Assembly: GCA_964106645.2 (NCBI GenBank)
Contig: OZ067046.1
Strand: one strand, 5' to 3'
Source: Podarcis pityusensis
Taxonomy: Eukaryota
DNA: 64,000 bases
Of this stretch, positions 1-11,163 are shown one piece after another. The notes beneath the pieces are model-generated. The model was not told the DNA's origin. It saw only the letters and a program-made list of their open reading frames with translations, and searched no databases. A program made the position numbers and the translations under genes. Positions within the stretch are counted from its first letter, which is position 1, and each line of letters starts with the position of its first letter.

Positions 1-256
1 CTGCAAGATTAAATGTGGTCTCTGAAAGGATAAGGTTTGCTATCAATTTATCCTTTTCTTGCTCCTGGCAATAAACCACAACTACAGAAAACCATTCCAC
101 ATTTGCTCGCAAAGCTGCATGCATAATAAGACAAGCAACTTTATTTTAAGGCAGCTACTGGGACCATATAAACCTGGTCAAAACTATTTTAAATAGTAAC
201 TCTGCAGAAGGTGAAATCCTACAAAACAATGATTGACGCATGTCCTCCAAACAATC

Positions 257-821
257 TGTGCTGGTCCCGGGGGGTTACCGTGAGGCATGGTCAGTCCTGG
301 GCCGAGGGTCTGGAGACTGTCCACCAAGGGGGAAGTGGGGTCCAAAGCAAGAAGCCGGGCATGGTCGGGAACTCCAGAAAAACAGGTCTGGGTGCTGGCA
401 GAAACAGATTTCCAACGTCGTTGCTCCTGCAACCTGGGACTGGACTGACTGGCCTTTATCTCCTCTGAGGCCAGGGGTGGTCCCAGCCCACAGGTGACCC
501 GCCTCTCCTGGCCTTAAGGTGAACACTCCTCCTGAGAGAAACCAGTTCCCTCTGCCTCTCTGCCCTGAGCCTCTGCAGCACTGGAGAGGCTGGAGGGTTA
601 CTGGATCCAGGGGGAGGCTCACCTTCCCCTGCCAGGGCTGGGAGAGGCGCACCTGCAGGCAATGGGTCCTCAATCACCTCTGGAGCCAGAGTGGATTCAT
701 CTGGTGTCTACTCCCGAGGACCCGGCACAGGTGCTGGCTCAGCCGGCCCTGGAGGTGGGGACTCCTGTGCAGCTGGGACTCCTCAGACTCAGCTTCTGAA
801 TCAGATTCCCAGGCCATCACA
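257..821 (-). mobile_element. Solo LTR-like element, family A copy 1 (565 bp), with a degenerate internal ORF
   Basis: Ends TGTGCTGG...CCATCACA (imperfect 8-bp inverted termini). Exact 5-bp TSD CAATC at 252-256 and 822-826. Aligns end to end with 3660-4267. Confidence 0.85.
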
Positions 822-3659
822 CAATCAGTAGAAGCTGGTGTGTATAAGTGGGAGGAGGGGAAAGTGACAAAGTTGAATTCAAGTAGTAAAAATGGACCCA
901 TAAATGTAGACAGTGTGGAAAATGACAATGGGGAAACTGTAACAAAGGATGGATCTCCGCAAATATTCTGGCATGTACTTAGGCTTCATTGCAGTTGTGA
1001 ATGGGATCTGAGAGAAGTTAATGGTTTTGGCGCAGAGTTCTTGGATGTCTCCCGATGACTTGTTTATTGAGCATTTCTCCTGATTGATTTGCATGGTGGT
1101 TACATTACTTCCCGACACTTTCCTTGCCGCAAAAAGTCCAGGTTTTTCTAATTTGGTCCATTGCCACAGGAATGCTTTAATTGCATGAACCTAAACTGTC
1201 AGTATGCAACCAAATCCCTCCTGCAAAATAGCGACAGTCTGGATGGGGCCCTAAATATTGGCAAGAGAAAGTGCTCTAGTCAAAAGCAGTGCGTGACTAG
1301 AGCATAAAAAATATTTTAGTTGAGGATATGGAAAGAAGCCATAGATTTTCATAATGGATAGGGAGACAGAATAGATCACGCCTGGGGGACAAATGTGACC
1401 CTTTAGAATTCTGGCCAGTGGAACACACACTCTCCCTATACTCTCACTGGTCCTCTAGGCACTCCAAATGTTTTTGCCAAGCTGAAATAAGACTTGATTC
1501 AAGTTTAGCAGGAGCTGCTGGCTTACCCATGTGATGAGGTATCAGAAATGCAGCTTGGAACATCTTCCTTGCAATGGTATATCCCCACGCTCTGCCTACC
1601 CAATGCAACGTGGCCGTTGGGCTCTCCTGGCCAAGAAATTGTATAGAAGACTTCTGGTTCAGGCTGGGATTTTGTCTGAGGAACACGGTCTTCCTCAATT
1701 AGAGGGGTTTCTGTATGTCCCTCCACTGCTGACTCCATAGCCCAGTATTGAAACATAGATTAAAGAATAGGAACAAATTAGAAGAAATAAAGGGGGAGAC
1801 CTGAAAGCTTTCCTGCCTAATCAACAGTCCAAACTGGTATGTTGATGAGTATAAAGTGTAGTCAAGGACAGAAGAGCTGATGAGGAAATATGTGCTGCTC
1901 ATTCTTAAGCAAAGTGTTGGGGAGGAGTTCAGCCTCCCCAGAAAGCAACATGTCATTGATGCAATAATAGTGTATCAGTGGTGAATTTATACTGGACTGT
2001 CCATATGTCATTCAGCTTTCTTAGTTCTGCCACACATGCCCAGGTTACAGCATTATTGCCATCTGGTGTGGTAATCTTGTGCTATGAAGCACAACCAAGG
2101 CGGGACCAAAAATTGTGTCTGTGGTATATAAAGTTACAGGATTTCAGCAGGACATTGTGGGGCACGCACTGTTTGGAAATGAAGCAGTATGTCCACCCCA
2201 ATAACATAATGAAAGCTGAATTAAAAGGATGCTTGGAGGGTCCCCTAGTAACTGCTCACACCTCCTTTTAGGTGCACATCTCAGAAAGCCATGGGTAAGA
2301 GCAATTCGGCACATCTGTGCATTCAAGAAAAGAAACAATCTGTTCAGCCACTTCAAAGAGAGCAAGTATCCCTACCCCCCACCCGAAAACCACAAAAGCA
2401 AAGGTGTAAGAACCTAGCCAATAGTTTGTATACAGTGACGCCTATAATTACAATTGTATTTATAGGTCTATAGGTCTCACAACCTTAGACACAGCACGAT
2501 TGGTTGGAGAACTTAACAGCACACGCTTAACTTCCACTCCAGCGGTGTTGCACAGAAGTTACCCTGCTCTCATTTGGAGCTCTCTGTATTTTATTTCTAT
2601 AGGTTTCTAATTCTTCTGTGCTAGAGACCTAATGCATTTTATTCATTCTTCCCGCGGCTCAGTGCGGCCACTTTTTGTTCTCCTTTTACATTCTGTGTAT
2701 ACTTAACAGCTACCAACTGCTCTGTTGGAATGAGGATGAGAGTTTGTAAGGAGTCTCTCCTCTATTACCGCAAACAGCTCTCTGGTCTTCTGCCAGCGTC
2801 TTTAAGGCTACCCCACTGTGCTCAAACCACTTGTGTTTCAGATCCTTTAGGTCTCTCCTTGGCTATCCAATTCCATGCACTTGCTTCCTAGCAAGGCCTC
2901 CTAACAACATGATAGCACAAAGCTGAGCCCTGGGACTTTAAACAGTTAAAAACAGGTCCTCTTATCTTAGCATGAAAACATTTAAGGAGTGAGGATATTG
3001 GCAGTAGCTTCTGGTCTGGTAATTTCATTTACAGAGATCATGGAACGAGTATCAGTTTTACAGCATGGCTTATAACTGAGGATTTTCCAATGAGCGGATA
3101 TTATTCCAGAGAGAATGAAACACCATCAACATAAAACAGTGATGCCTCATAGTTTCTTTTGTCGAAAATCTCCATATGAACTAGTGAGCAGGGTTTATGT
3201 TTGCAAAGCATATTTGGGATGCATTCCAGAAGCCACTTACTTAAGAGGAGTCCAAATGACATCAGTGGGACTCCTTCAGATTAAGCGGCTTGTGGCTTTC
3301 ATTGCTCTCCATGCCTGCATATGCTATACACACTTTGTCAAAGTTGTGTTGGTGGTTTCTGTCTTACAAAAATCACTCATATTTTAGTTCAATAGCTATT
3401 TAAGACATGCTATACAAACAAAGAGGAATGCTTTGAAGAAGAAGATACCTTGAATTAATTTCTTCTAATAGGCAAATCCCAAAAATTCAAAATGTCTAGA
3501 AGAAGAGGGGTTATTACATGCGCCCTAACTTGAAGATTATAACCCCAAAGTGCAGTATGAAATTATTTCCAACAAAGCACCATAAGTTAGAGATGCACCT
3601 AACTCATGATTATTAAGAGGGGAAGATGTGAAGGCAATAAATGACTCTTGGAGCCACAT

Positions 3660-4267
3660 TATGCTGGTCCCGGGGGGGGGGGTGTTTACCATGAGGTGTG
3701 GTCAAAGTCCGGTCCTGGGCCGAGGATCTGGAGGCTGTCCACCAAGGGGGAAGCGGGGTCCAAAGCAAGAAGCCGGGCGTGGTTGGGAACTCCGGAAAAA
3801 CAGGTCTGGGTGCTGGCAGAAACAGGTTTCCAACGTCGTTGCTCCTGCAACCTGGGACTGGGCTGACTGGCCTTTATCTCCTCTGGGGCCTAGGGCGGTC
3901 CCGGCCCACAGGTGACTCGCCTCTCCTGGCCTTAAGGCGAGCACTCCTCCTAGGAGAACCTAGTTCCCGCCGCCTCTCTGCCCTGAGCCTCTGCAGCTCA
4001 GGAGAGGTTGGAGGGTTACTGGACCCAGAGGCAGCCTCACCTTCTCCTGACAGAGCTGGGAGAGGAGCACCTGCAGGCAATGGGTCCTCAATCACCTCCG
4101 GAGCCAGAGTGGATTCATTTGGTGTCTGCTCCTGAGGATCCGGCACAGGTGCAGGCCCATCAGATTCAAGGCCCTGCCCCGGCTCAGCCAGCCCTGGGGG
4201 CGGGGACTCCTGTGCAGGCTGGGATTCCTCCGGTTCAGCCTCTGAATCAGATTCCCAGGCCATCACA
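3660..4267 (-). mobile_element. Solo LTR-like element, family A copy 2 (608 bp)
   Basis: Ends TATGCTGG (TG mutated to TA)...CCATCACA. Exact 5-bp TSD CACAT at 3655-3659 and 4268-4272. Retains more CpGs than copy 1. Confidence 0.85.
3874..4263 (-). CDS. Putative LTR-encoded 129-aa disordered protein (acidic N-terminus, Pro-rich middle, Arg-rich C-terminus with RRSARL)
   Basis: ATG at nt 5 of the element (TGTG-ATG-GCC-TGG). Open frame MAWESDSEAEPEE...SPELQRLRAERRRELGSPRRSARLKARRGESP...QRR*. The same frame in copy 1 differs by one 1-nt frameshift and one in-frame 27-nt indel. Expression unknown. Confidence 0.45.
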   Translation of the reverse strand: MAWESDSEAEPEESQPAQESPPPGLAEPGQGLESDGPAPVPDPQEQTPNESTLAPEVIEDPLPAGAPLPALSGEGEAASGSSNPPTSPELQRLRAERRRELGSPRRSARLKARRGESPVGRDRPRPQRR

Positions 4268-4807
4268 CACATGTAGAAAGCCCTACCACCCAGCCTGATA
4301 GCAGCTCATATCCTTTGGCAATCCAAACCCAACATGCAGTAGCTTGCAAACAACCTGTGTGCTACTCACAGCTTCATTGGATGGAAGATATGCTATGCAA
4401 CATCCTTGTTGCCTGGGTCATTCTAACCTTATCTTCCTGACTGGTTGAGCACTCCTGCATATGAACAATGGTGGCAACTCTAGCTTCTCTGTCCTGCTGG
4501 ACAGCTCCTCTGTCACAGCGATGTTTAAAAAAGTACAGTTATCACCAGAATTCTCACTTGTGTGCCCATAGTTCTGTAGAGATAAGGGAAGACTGGTGTA
4601 ACCCTATTTGCATTTTTGAGCTGTGTTCCAATGTTGGGGCTTATATACTCCTGGCGTCATGCTATGATTAGCTATCGAGTTAGTCAGAATCCTATTTTCC
4701 AATGAAGGCGGCAGGGAAATAACAACAGGAGGCTCCTCATGGCTCCAGAGGAAGAGTTCAACTTATCCCTTCTGCCACTCAAGTATATACTCCTCATCTT
4801 TATCTTC

Positions 4808-4833
4808 TTCCTCCTCCTCCTCCTCCTCCTCCT
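4808..4833. repeat. (TCC)n microsatellite
   Basis: Direct tandem TCC run; it produces the spurious poly-Arg in ORF 4684..5034. Confidence 0.9.
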
Positions 4834-6029
4834 TGCCATCATTACCACCCATGTCAGGTGAATCAGAGGCCTCGTCAAAAACCAAATCCTAGTAGTCAAT
4901 GCACACTGTCCATTTTTAGCCAACACACACAATATGCAGTCATGTAAGTGGATGGGTAGCAGGCAGGTAAGGGAGAAAGGTGTTACTATCAGGCTCATAT
5001 TCAATTTTGAGCCAGAGAGGAACTTACAGGGCAATAATGCTCACCGCATTTTCCAGGCAGTCTTTACAAAATTTCCAATTCTTGTATTTCGTACCAAAAA
5101 ACTCGGCTGACATTATTATATAAAATGCATGTAGCAATACTGTTCTGCCCTCAACTAGGTCTAATCAACTAGGGTTGATGCTAGAATTAGTTTGCTAGTC
5201 AACTAGGGTGGGCAGGACTACTTTTTGTTTCTTGTAAATTGTTAAAATTAGCTGCAGTGCTAACTTAGACGCTAGGTAGAGTTGATTTTACATTGCTTCA
5301 TTACATTGCTTGTGTCTACATTGCTTCAAAATCTTTTTCATACAAGACTGTACTGCTATTCATTTTTGAGCTGGCAAAGCATAGTGGTCAAGCCTGAGCT
5401 AGGAACCAGAAAGTTCCTTGCTCAGATTTTACTTTCTCCACAAGCTCTCTAGGCAGAGGCTATTCTCTTAGTCTCAGCCCCACAACTACTGTGTGAAGCT
5501 AGCCTTACCATGAGCCATGCTCAGCACAGATCAGCAGTGGTGGCAGTTTGGATGCTTCTCACCTACGGTCTGCTGGGCTGCCCACAAGAGTGGCAACTGA
5601 CTAGCCAGTCACCTGACCATTGCAGCAGCCAACTGCTTCTCCCCACTCCTGCTGATGCTACCGCCCAACTGATTGGCTGTCAGCAAAGCAGTGGAGACAC
5701 AGACACTCTCAGGAAGGTGTGATCATGCCCATTGTTGCTGAGATCACCTTGGAAAACACCTGTGCCACAGTTTCTTTGCTGCAGTGGCAGCAAATGCTAT
5801 TTAAACAGCATTTTAAACAGGCACAGGGTGACCTTGTGCACAATGCCTCACCCTGAGGAAGGACCCCAGAACATTGCGTTGGCCTTGCCAAAGGTTGTAA
5901 GACAGAGGAGAAGAGGGCACTGGGCTGTTCTGCCCAGCTCAGGCAATGTGATGCCTGGTGCAGACCTTGGTGGAGATAATCATGCTGGCCTTCCATGCTC
6001 CAACCCTTTGTAAGAATTATTGAGATGAA

Positions 6030-6155
6030 GTAAGTCGGAGTTGGACAATCTGTTTCTGGACTCCAGCACCCATTAACCCCAGTCAGCACGGTCAGTTCGG
6101 GATGCCAGGAGTTCATACCCAAAAACATCTGGAGGCCTACATGATGCCCAGCCCT
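6030..6155. mobile_element. Degraded hAT-type MITE, same group as 17970 and 18941
   Basis: Shares ...cccat(c/t)a...aacatctggagg motifs with the better preserved copies. Boundaries approximate. Confidence 0.5.
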
Positions 6156-7565
6156 CATATAAGAAAAGCATTTGAACACTTGAAATATGTTATATTACTC
6201 AGAAGTACTGCCATTTAATGCACATTTGCTTTTAGCCCACAAAGTTTTTGTGCTTCCCTCCCCCCAAATGAAGACATTTGCAAAACCATTTTAAAAACAA
6301 CAAAATGATTCTCTACACTGATCGTCCTAAGAACATCCAAATCTAAATTTATGGATTGACTCACTAAAAGCTACAATGCAATGACTTTAAGAAGAAAGTT
6401 TGTTCCTTGCCCAAAGACTTTAGTGGTGCATTATGGACGACATGGAAAATGTAGCTTTTAATGGAAACTGCAGCTAAACCATGTACTATTAGCACTGCAA
6501 ATGCCATACTTTGATAAAGGATCTGTCACTTCCTGAATGAACTGTCTGCGATGTCGTGTTGAAGGAATCAGTTGTTTTTGTACGGTCCCCTCCCGAACTG
6601 AAAAGAAAATCAACAGATTGCTTTGGATGAAAAGCATAAGAATTGTCAGCATGAATGTTGTTATGATTCTTTTGTGACTAGAAGTTATATAAGAATATTT
6701 AGTACACATTTTCAAGTAGCTGGCAAATGGCAGAGCAAGCCTCTTTTGAGAAAGAATTATGATGCAGATCTCTAGATGTTTAATTACCGTTACCGTATTC
6801 ATATAAGGAGACAGATGTTTCCCATCAGAGATGAGAAGAGGTGTCTAGGAAGGAAAACGTATTTCCTTGTAAAGCATGTAATGAATGGCAAAACATTCAC
6901 ATGAATGAACATGTTAGACCCAAGTGTTTCTTCAGTATCCAAATCAGGGTAGGATGCTTCCATACCTCCCTTCCTCCCTTTCTGAATTCCCTCCTGGATT
7001 TAACAACTCAGATCACCTTGGCCTGTTGTATAGCAGCACCAACGTACTGTATTACTTCAAACTTAAATTTCCAGATTTTGTAAAGCAGGTGTGATTTGAT
7101 GGTTGCTTCTTAAACTCCTTTCCCGTCCTCAAAATCCCATGTGAAAATTTCACAAGAATCTGTGAATAATAAATTGTCTTCCTGAAATTTCACTGCAAGT
7201 TTTTAAAATATAAAGTATTATGATGAAAATTAACCAAAATGCACATAAAAGACTCCCCCCACCATGTTAGGTTCACTGGCTGCAGCTTATTCCATTTCCC
7301 AGACATTTCCTATCTATTAATTTCTGCATTGCATTTGAGCTTTCACATGGTGAAAATCATGGGAGTAAAGTGACAAAATTTGGGGTGGCATACAAAATTT
7401 GGGGTGGCATATAGTTTTCCAGCTGCTTTCTTGGGGGAATAATGGGGGAAGAGAAGTATGCATGTACTGAAAAAGTGAAGGAGGAGTGATGTTGTCCAAT
7501 GATGTTCATTGTTGTGTCACACTACGGCAACTGCTGTGAATGAAATTTAGCATGACATGCTGGTA

Positions 7566-7807
7566 CAGTGGTACCTCAGTTTAAGTACTTAATTCGTTCC
7601 GGAGGTCCGTACTTAACCTGAAACTGTTCTTAACCTGAAGCACCACTTTAGCTAATGGGGCCTCCTGCTGCCGCCGCGCCGCCGGAGCACGATTTCTGTT
7701 CTCATCCTGAAGCAAAGTTCTTAACCTGAAGCACTATTTCTGGGTTAGCGGAGTCTGTAACCTGAAGCGTATGTAACCTGAAGCATATGTAACCTGAGGT
7801 ACCACTG
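7566..7807. mobile_element. Tc1/mariner (pogo/Tigger-like) MITE, 242 bp
   Basis: TIR CAGTGGTACCTC...GAGGTACCACTG, TA duplication on both sides, internal TAACCTGAAGC repeats. Same family as the inverted copy at 20989. Confidence 0.92.
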
Positions 7808-8552
7808 TATATCAAACAAAAAGCTAGTTCCATAATACTACAGGCACTACAATGTGAAAGGAACATTCAAAAACAGGACAGAAGCACTAACATTACAATC
7901 AGGAAAACTAATGTGCTATTCCCCATGTCAGAATGCACCCCATGTCTTCTTTTCAATTCAGTTTACACGCAGGTCCCGCTATCAGAACGCTTATTATACA
8001 CAAATTCAGTTATCTAAAGATAAAGAATTATGCCTACACATACATCTGATTCACATATCCAAACAAGCTGAGTTTCCCCACTTGCTTACTTGTTTGTGCT
8101 TTTCTGGACAACAACAGCCATTTGGGGGCAAAAATCATGGAGAACGGGAGCGGGGAGAGAGATTGCACAAATCAGGGATCTGGAGAGATCAGACAAATCA
8201 GTTTTTCCTTTGTCTCTATTTGGCTGGTTGCAGCAATTTAGGAAGAAACCCTGGAGGAAGAGTGGAGAGAGATCATGGATTAGAAATGTTCCCATAGGAA
8301 ATAATGGAAACTGTGGGCTCTTTATGCAAACACTCATCCAATGAACAATTTCCTAGGAATGCATTGTGTTTGGAAAGCGAGACCTAAATGCATTTTTAAT
8401 AAAATGCACCCAACTTTTGGTCTAACATCTTCTTCACAGAAGTGCTGACAGACATTAATGCTGTTGTAGAAAAAGAAAAAGAAAAAGAAAAACTTCAGGG
8501 AAGGCTGGTGATCTGCTGCTGCTGCCAGGCTTCAGATTACTGCTGCCCCTCT

Positions 8553-9070
8553 TGTGCTCTCCCAAGCCAACATTCCCAGCATGTCTGTACTGCTGTCTGA
8601 GCGACATCTACACAGGCTTGGTCATGTCCACGGAATGGAAGATGGCAGGATCCCCAAGGATGTGCTCAATGGGGAGCTGGCTCAGGCACCAGGCCCATTG
8701 GCAAACCAACTCTGTGTTATGAAGATGTCTGCAATCGTGACATGAAGGCCAGCAACATCAACCTTCTCATGTGGGAATCCCTTGCAGACTACTGCAGTGC
8801 CTGGAGACAGGCAGTCAGGTTGTGCAGCCATAGCAGTGACCAGAGGAAGAATGACCACTGGGAGGAGCACACAGGGAAGAAACACCATGGTGCATCTGCA
8901 GCAGTACAACCGGATGCCTTCATCTGCCCTAGCTGCAACAAAACATGTCTCCCCCATGTTGGTCTCTACAGCCACTGCAGGCACCGCAGCCTTCCAACAG
9001 TTTGACCTTACCCCTAAAGGCTCACTCCTCCATTGTCTCCCAAGACAGACAGATTCCAACAACCAACAAC
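8553..9070 (+). mobile_element. 5'-truncated RTE-clade LINE 3' end (post-RT region, C2H2-like finger, 3' UTR, (CAA)n tail)
   Basis: Frameshifted peptides VLSQANIPSM...LGHVHGMEDGRIPKDVLNGEL and AWRQAV...FICPSCNKTCLPHVGLYSHCR, typical of RTE C-termini. Ends in caacaaccaacaac. Confidence 0.85.
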
Positions 9071-9599
9071 ACACACAATAAACAAAACAATACTCCCACT
9101 CACCAACTAGCAGATAAGAATAAAAGGATATTTTAAAACAACAACAACAACACTGGATTTAAACTCACATATGTAAAATAATTCAAAGTTAATTCTCTCC
9201 CCGCACTTTTTATTGAACCAACATTTGCAAGTTCACAGAAGCCCCAATATATGGCAATCTATGACGCTGCCCTGTAAATGTCATTGCTTTATATCATCTG
9301 TTGTGGTAAATATCTTACTAGTGTTTGCAAAAGTGGATTTGTGCAGTGGGGTGTTTATGTGAGCTGAGTAGCAGCATCCATTAGTAGCTGTGAATTTACT
9401 GTTATTATACTTCGTAAAATAGATGCAAGCAACTTTGCCATTGCCATCAAAGGTGAATGATGCCCGCAGTGCAGTGAGGGGTGAACCATAGAAATAAACA
9501 CAGGAGATTTGTATTGGGTTGAAATAGAACACAACTTTTTTATCGCTTACAGATGAAAGTAGGTTTTGACTAAGGCATTGGGTATGGATCCAGTATCAA

Positions 9600-10140
9600 G
9601 CAACCCACACGCTGGTTGATAAATAAGCTGGGGTCAACCCAGAGCTAGAGAGTCACCCCTGACATACACCAGATGCTATGATCTTGCTTGGGCTGCCATT
9701 GGAAGAGGTGCTATGGCCCATTGGCTCCCATGTGGATTCCCAGTCAGAGATTCCCCTCCCAGACCCCTGAGCAGCTAAGGATCCAACTCAATGCCTTATG
9801 TTCCCACCTGAGCCAGACCCCACCTCGGCCAGCTCACCACCAAACCATTCACACCTGCAACCAATCCCCAAGCTCCTTGGCCACCTCCTTCAACCAGAGT
9901 CCGTTCCCTGCATGTCATGGACAGGCTGAATGCAGAGGAGTGGTGGGAGACACAAAAGATCTCCTTCTCTGCTGCATCCAGAGATTCTTCCTCAGATACC
10001 AACACTTGGGACCATTTGAGAAGATCCTCAGGATTGTTCTGAGGGGCCCTACCTACCCATCAGGGTCCTTGACCTCTGGGGTGTCCCTTTCATCCTCCAA
10101 GGACTCTATTCCTGTCACAAGGTCGGGACTAGACATGACG
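9600..10140 (-). mobile_element. Degraded or composite LTR-like fragments
   Basis: Minus strand begins CGTC-ATG with an acidic frame. A + strand TGTC-ATG-GAC-AGG-CTG...GAG-TGG-TGG-GAG start lies at 9913 and a CCCCTGACA terminus at ~9656-9664. No clean TSD. Confidence 0.4.
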
Positions 10141-10464
10141 GACCCATTGGAACACTTTGTTCAAAATGAGGGGGAGGGACTATTGTAAGAGAAGAGCTAT
10201 TACATGTTATAGATTAAAAATGAATATAAATTGATTTTGATTAAAATAGACTTGTTATGTTATGAAGACTGAATGTAGTTTAATTAATACTAATGGGTGT
10301 TTGGGTTAATTTTTCATTGTTCTACTCAACTGTATCTTAACCCATGGAACTGGATATAGATTTTATTTTTGTTTTTCCTTTTCTAGTTCATCTTTTTTCA
10401 TGATTGCCTTCTTTCCCTATACAGTGATTTATTAAATAGAGGAGGGGAGGATCCAAAGTTAACA

Positions 10465-10918
10465 GACCTCTGTGGGTTCAACACTCAAACAGACAGTTTC
10501 TGCATGTGCTGTAGAGAGAAATGAGGGGCAGATGGAGTTCACCAACCTGGGAAGGTAGCTCATCTAGAAGGAAAACTCTGGTCCTAAACCTCTGCTGCCT
10601 TGTAGGATATCTTCAGGAGAAGAAAAGGTCAAGGAGTAAACCCTACACAAATCCAGAGTGGAGTCTCTATGACAGTTGGATGGTGCCTTGTACACCTCCT
10701 TCTGGCAACTCCTGCAGCCAAGCTCGTACCACAGGTATTCTCTGCTTTCCTTTGGACCAGATCAGTGAGGCCGAGAGGAAGGTCTTGTCATCTGGGCACC
10801 CCAAGACCTCCATACACACTGCGCAGGCTTGCACCCTGGGGAGGTCACTTTGGTGCTCCTAACACAGCGGTTTGTCTTAGAGGCACACTCCATTGTCTCC
10901 TGAGATGCCAACAACAAT
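10465..10918 (+). mobile_element. Non-autonomous RTE-related retroposon
   Basis: 3' end (gcggtttg...agaggcacactccattgtctcctgagatgccaacaacaa) matches the 3' UTR of the RTE at 8553-9070. Body matches the inverted copy at 30880-31200. No recognisable coding region. Confidence 0.7.
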
Positions 10919-10920
10919 TA

Positions 10921-11163
10921 CTGTACTGGCCTGAATATAAGCCTCACTTTTTTTCCAAATTCTGACTGTGAAAAGTTAAAGTGCAGCTTAAATTCACGAC
11001 CTTACAAAAATTGGCTTTAACGATATCGCTGATGAAACAGACATACGATAAAACAGAACAGGTTTGAGTGCCTGTGGAATTTTAAGGGAATGGCTTATAT
11101 TTGGGTATTATCCCCCCCCCCCCCGGAATTTTAAAGGGGCAGTTTATATTCGGGCTAATACGG
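10921..11163. mobile_element. Tc1/mariner (Tc2/pogo-like) MITE
   Basis: TIR CTGTACTGGCCTGAATATAA / TTATATTCGGGCTAATACGG, with TA on both sides (10919-20, 11164-65). Confidence 0.85.

Noticed and set aside
879-1190. About 100-codon open minus-strand frame after a possible AG acceptor
   Set aside because: No recognisable homology and no partner exon; the length is compatible with chance.
257-4267. A full-length LTR retrotransposon with two LTRs and a 2.8-kb internal region
   Set aside because: Each repeat has its own distinct TSD (CAATC versus CACAT), the outer flanks do not match, and no gag/pol, PBS or PPT was seen between them.
4684-5034. ORF with a poly-Arg/Lys tract
   Set aside because: Produced by a (TCC)n microsatellite; no other protein-like features.
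7373-7410. Short local tandem duplications (also ~5290, 32785, 37760, 40373, 60477)
   Set aside because: Ordinary slippage or repair duplications with no sign of function.
7600-7800. CRISPR-like array of TAACCTGAAGC repeats
   Set aside because: Eukaryotic DNA; these are irregular subterminal repeats of a TA-flanked MITE.
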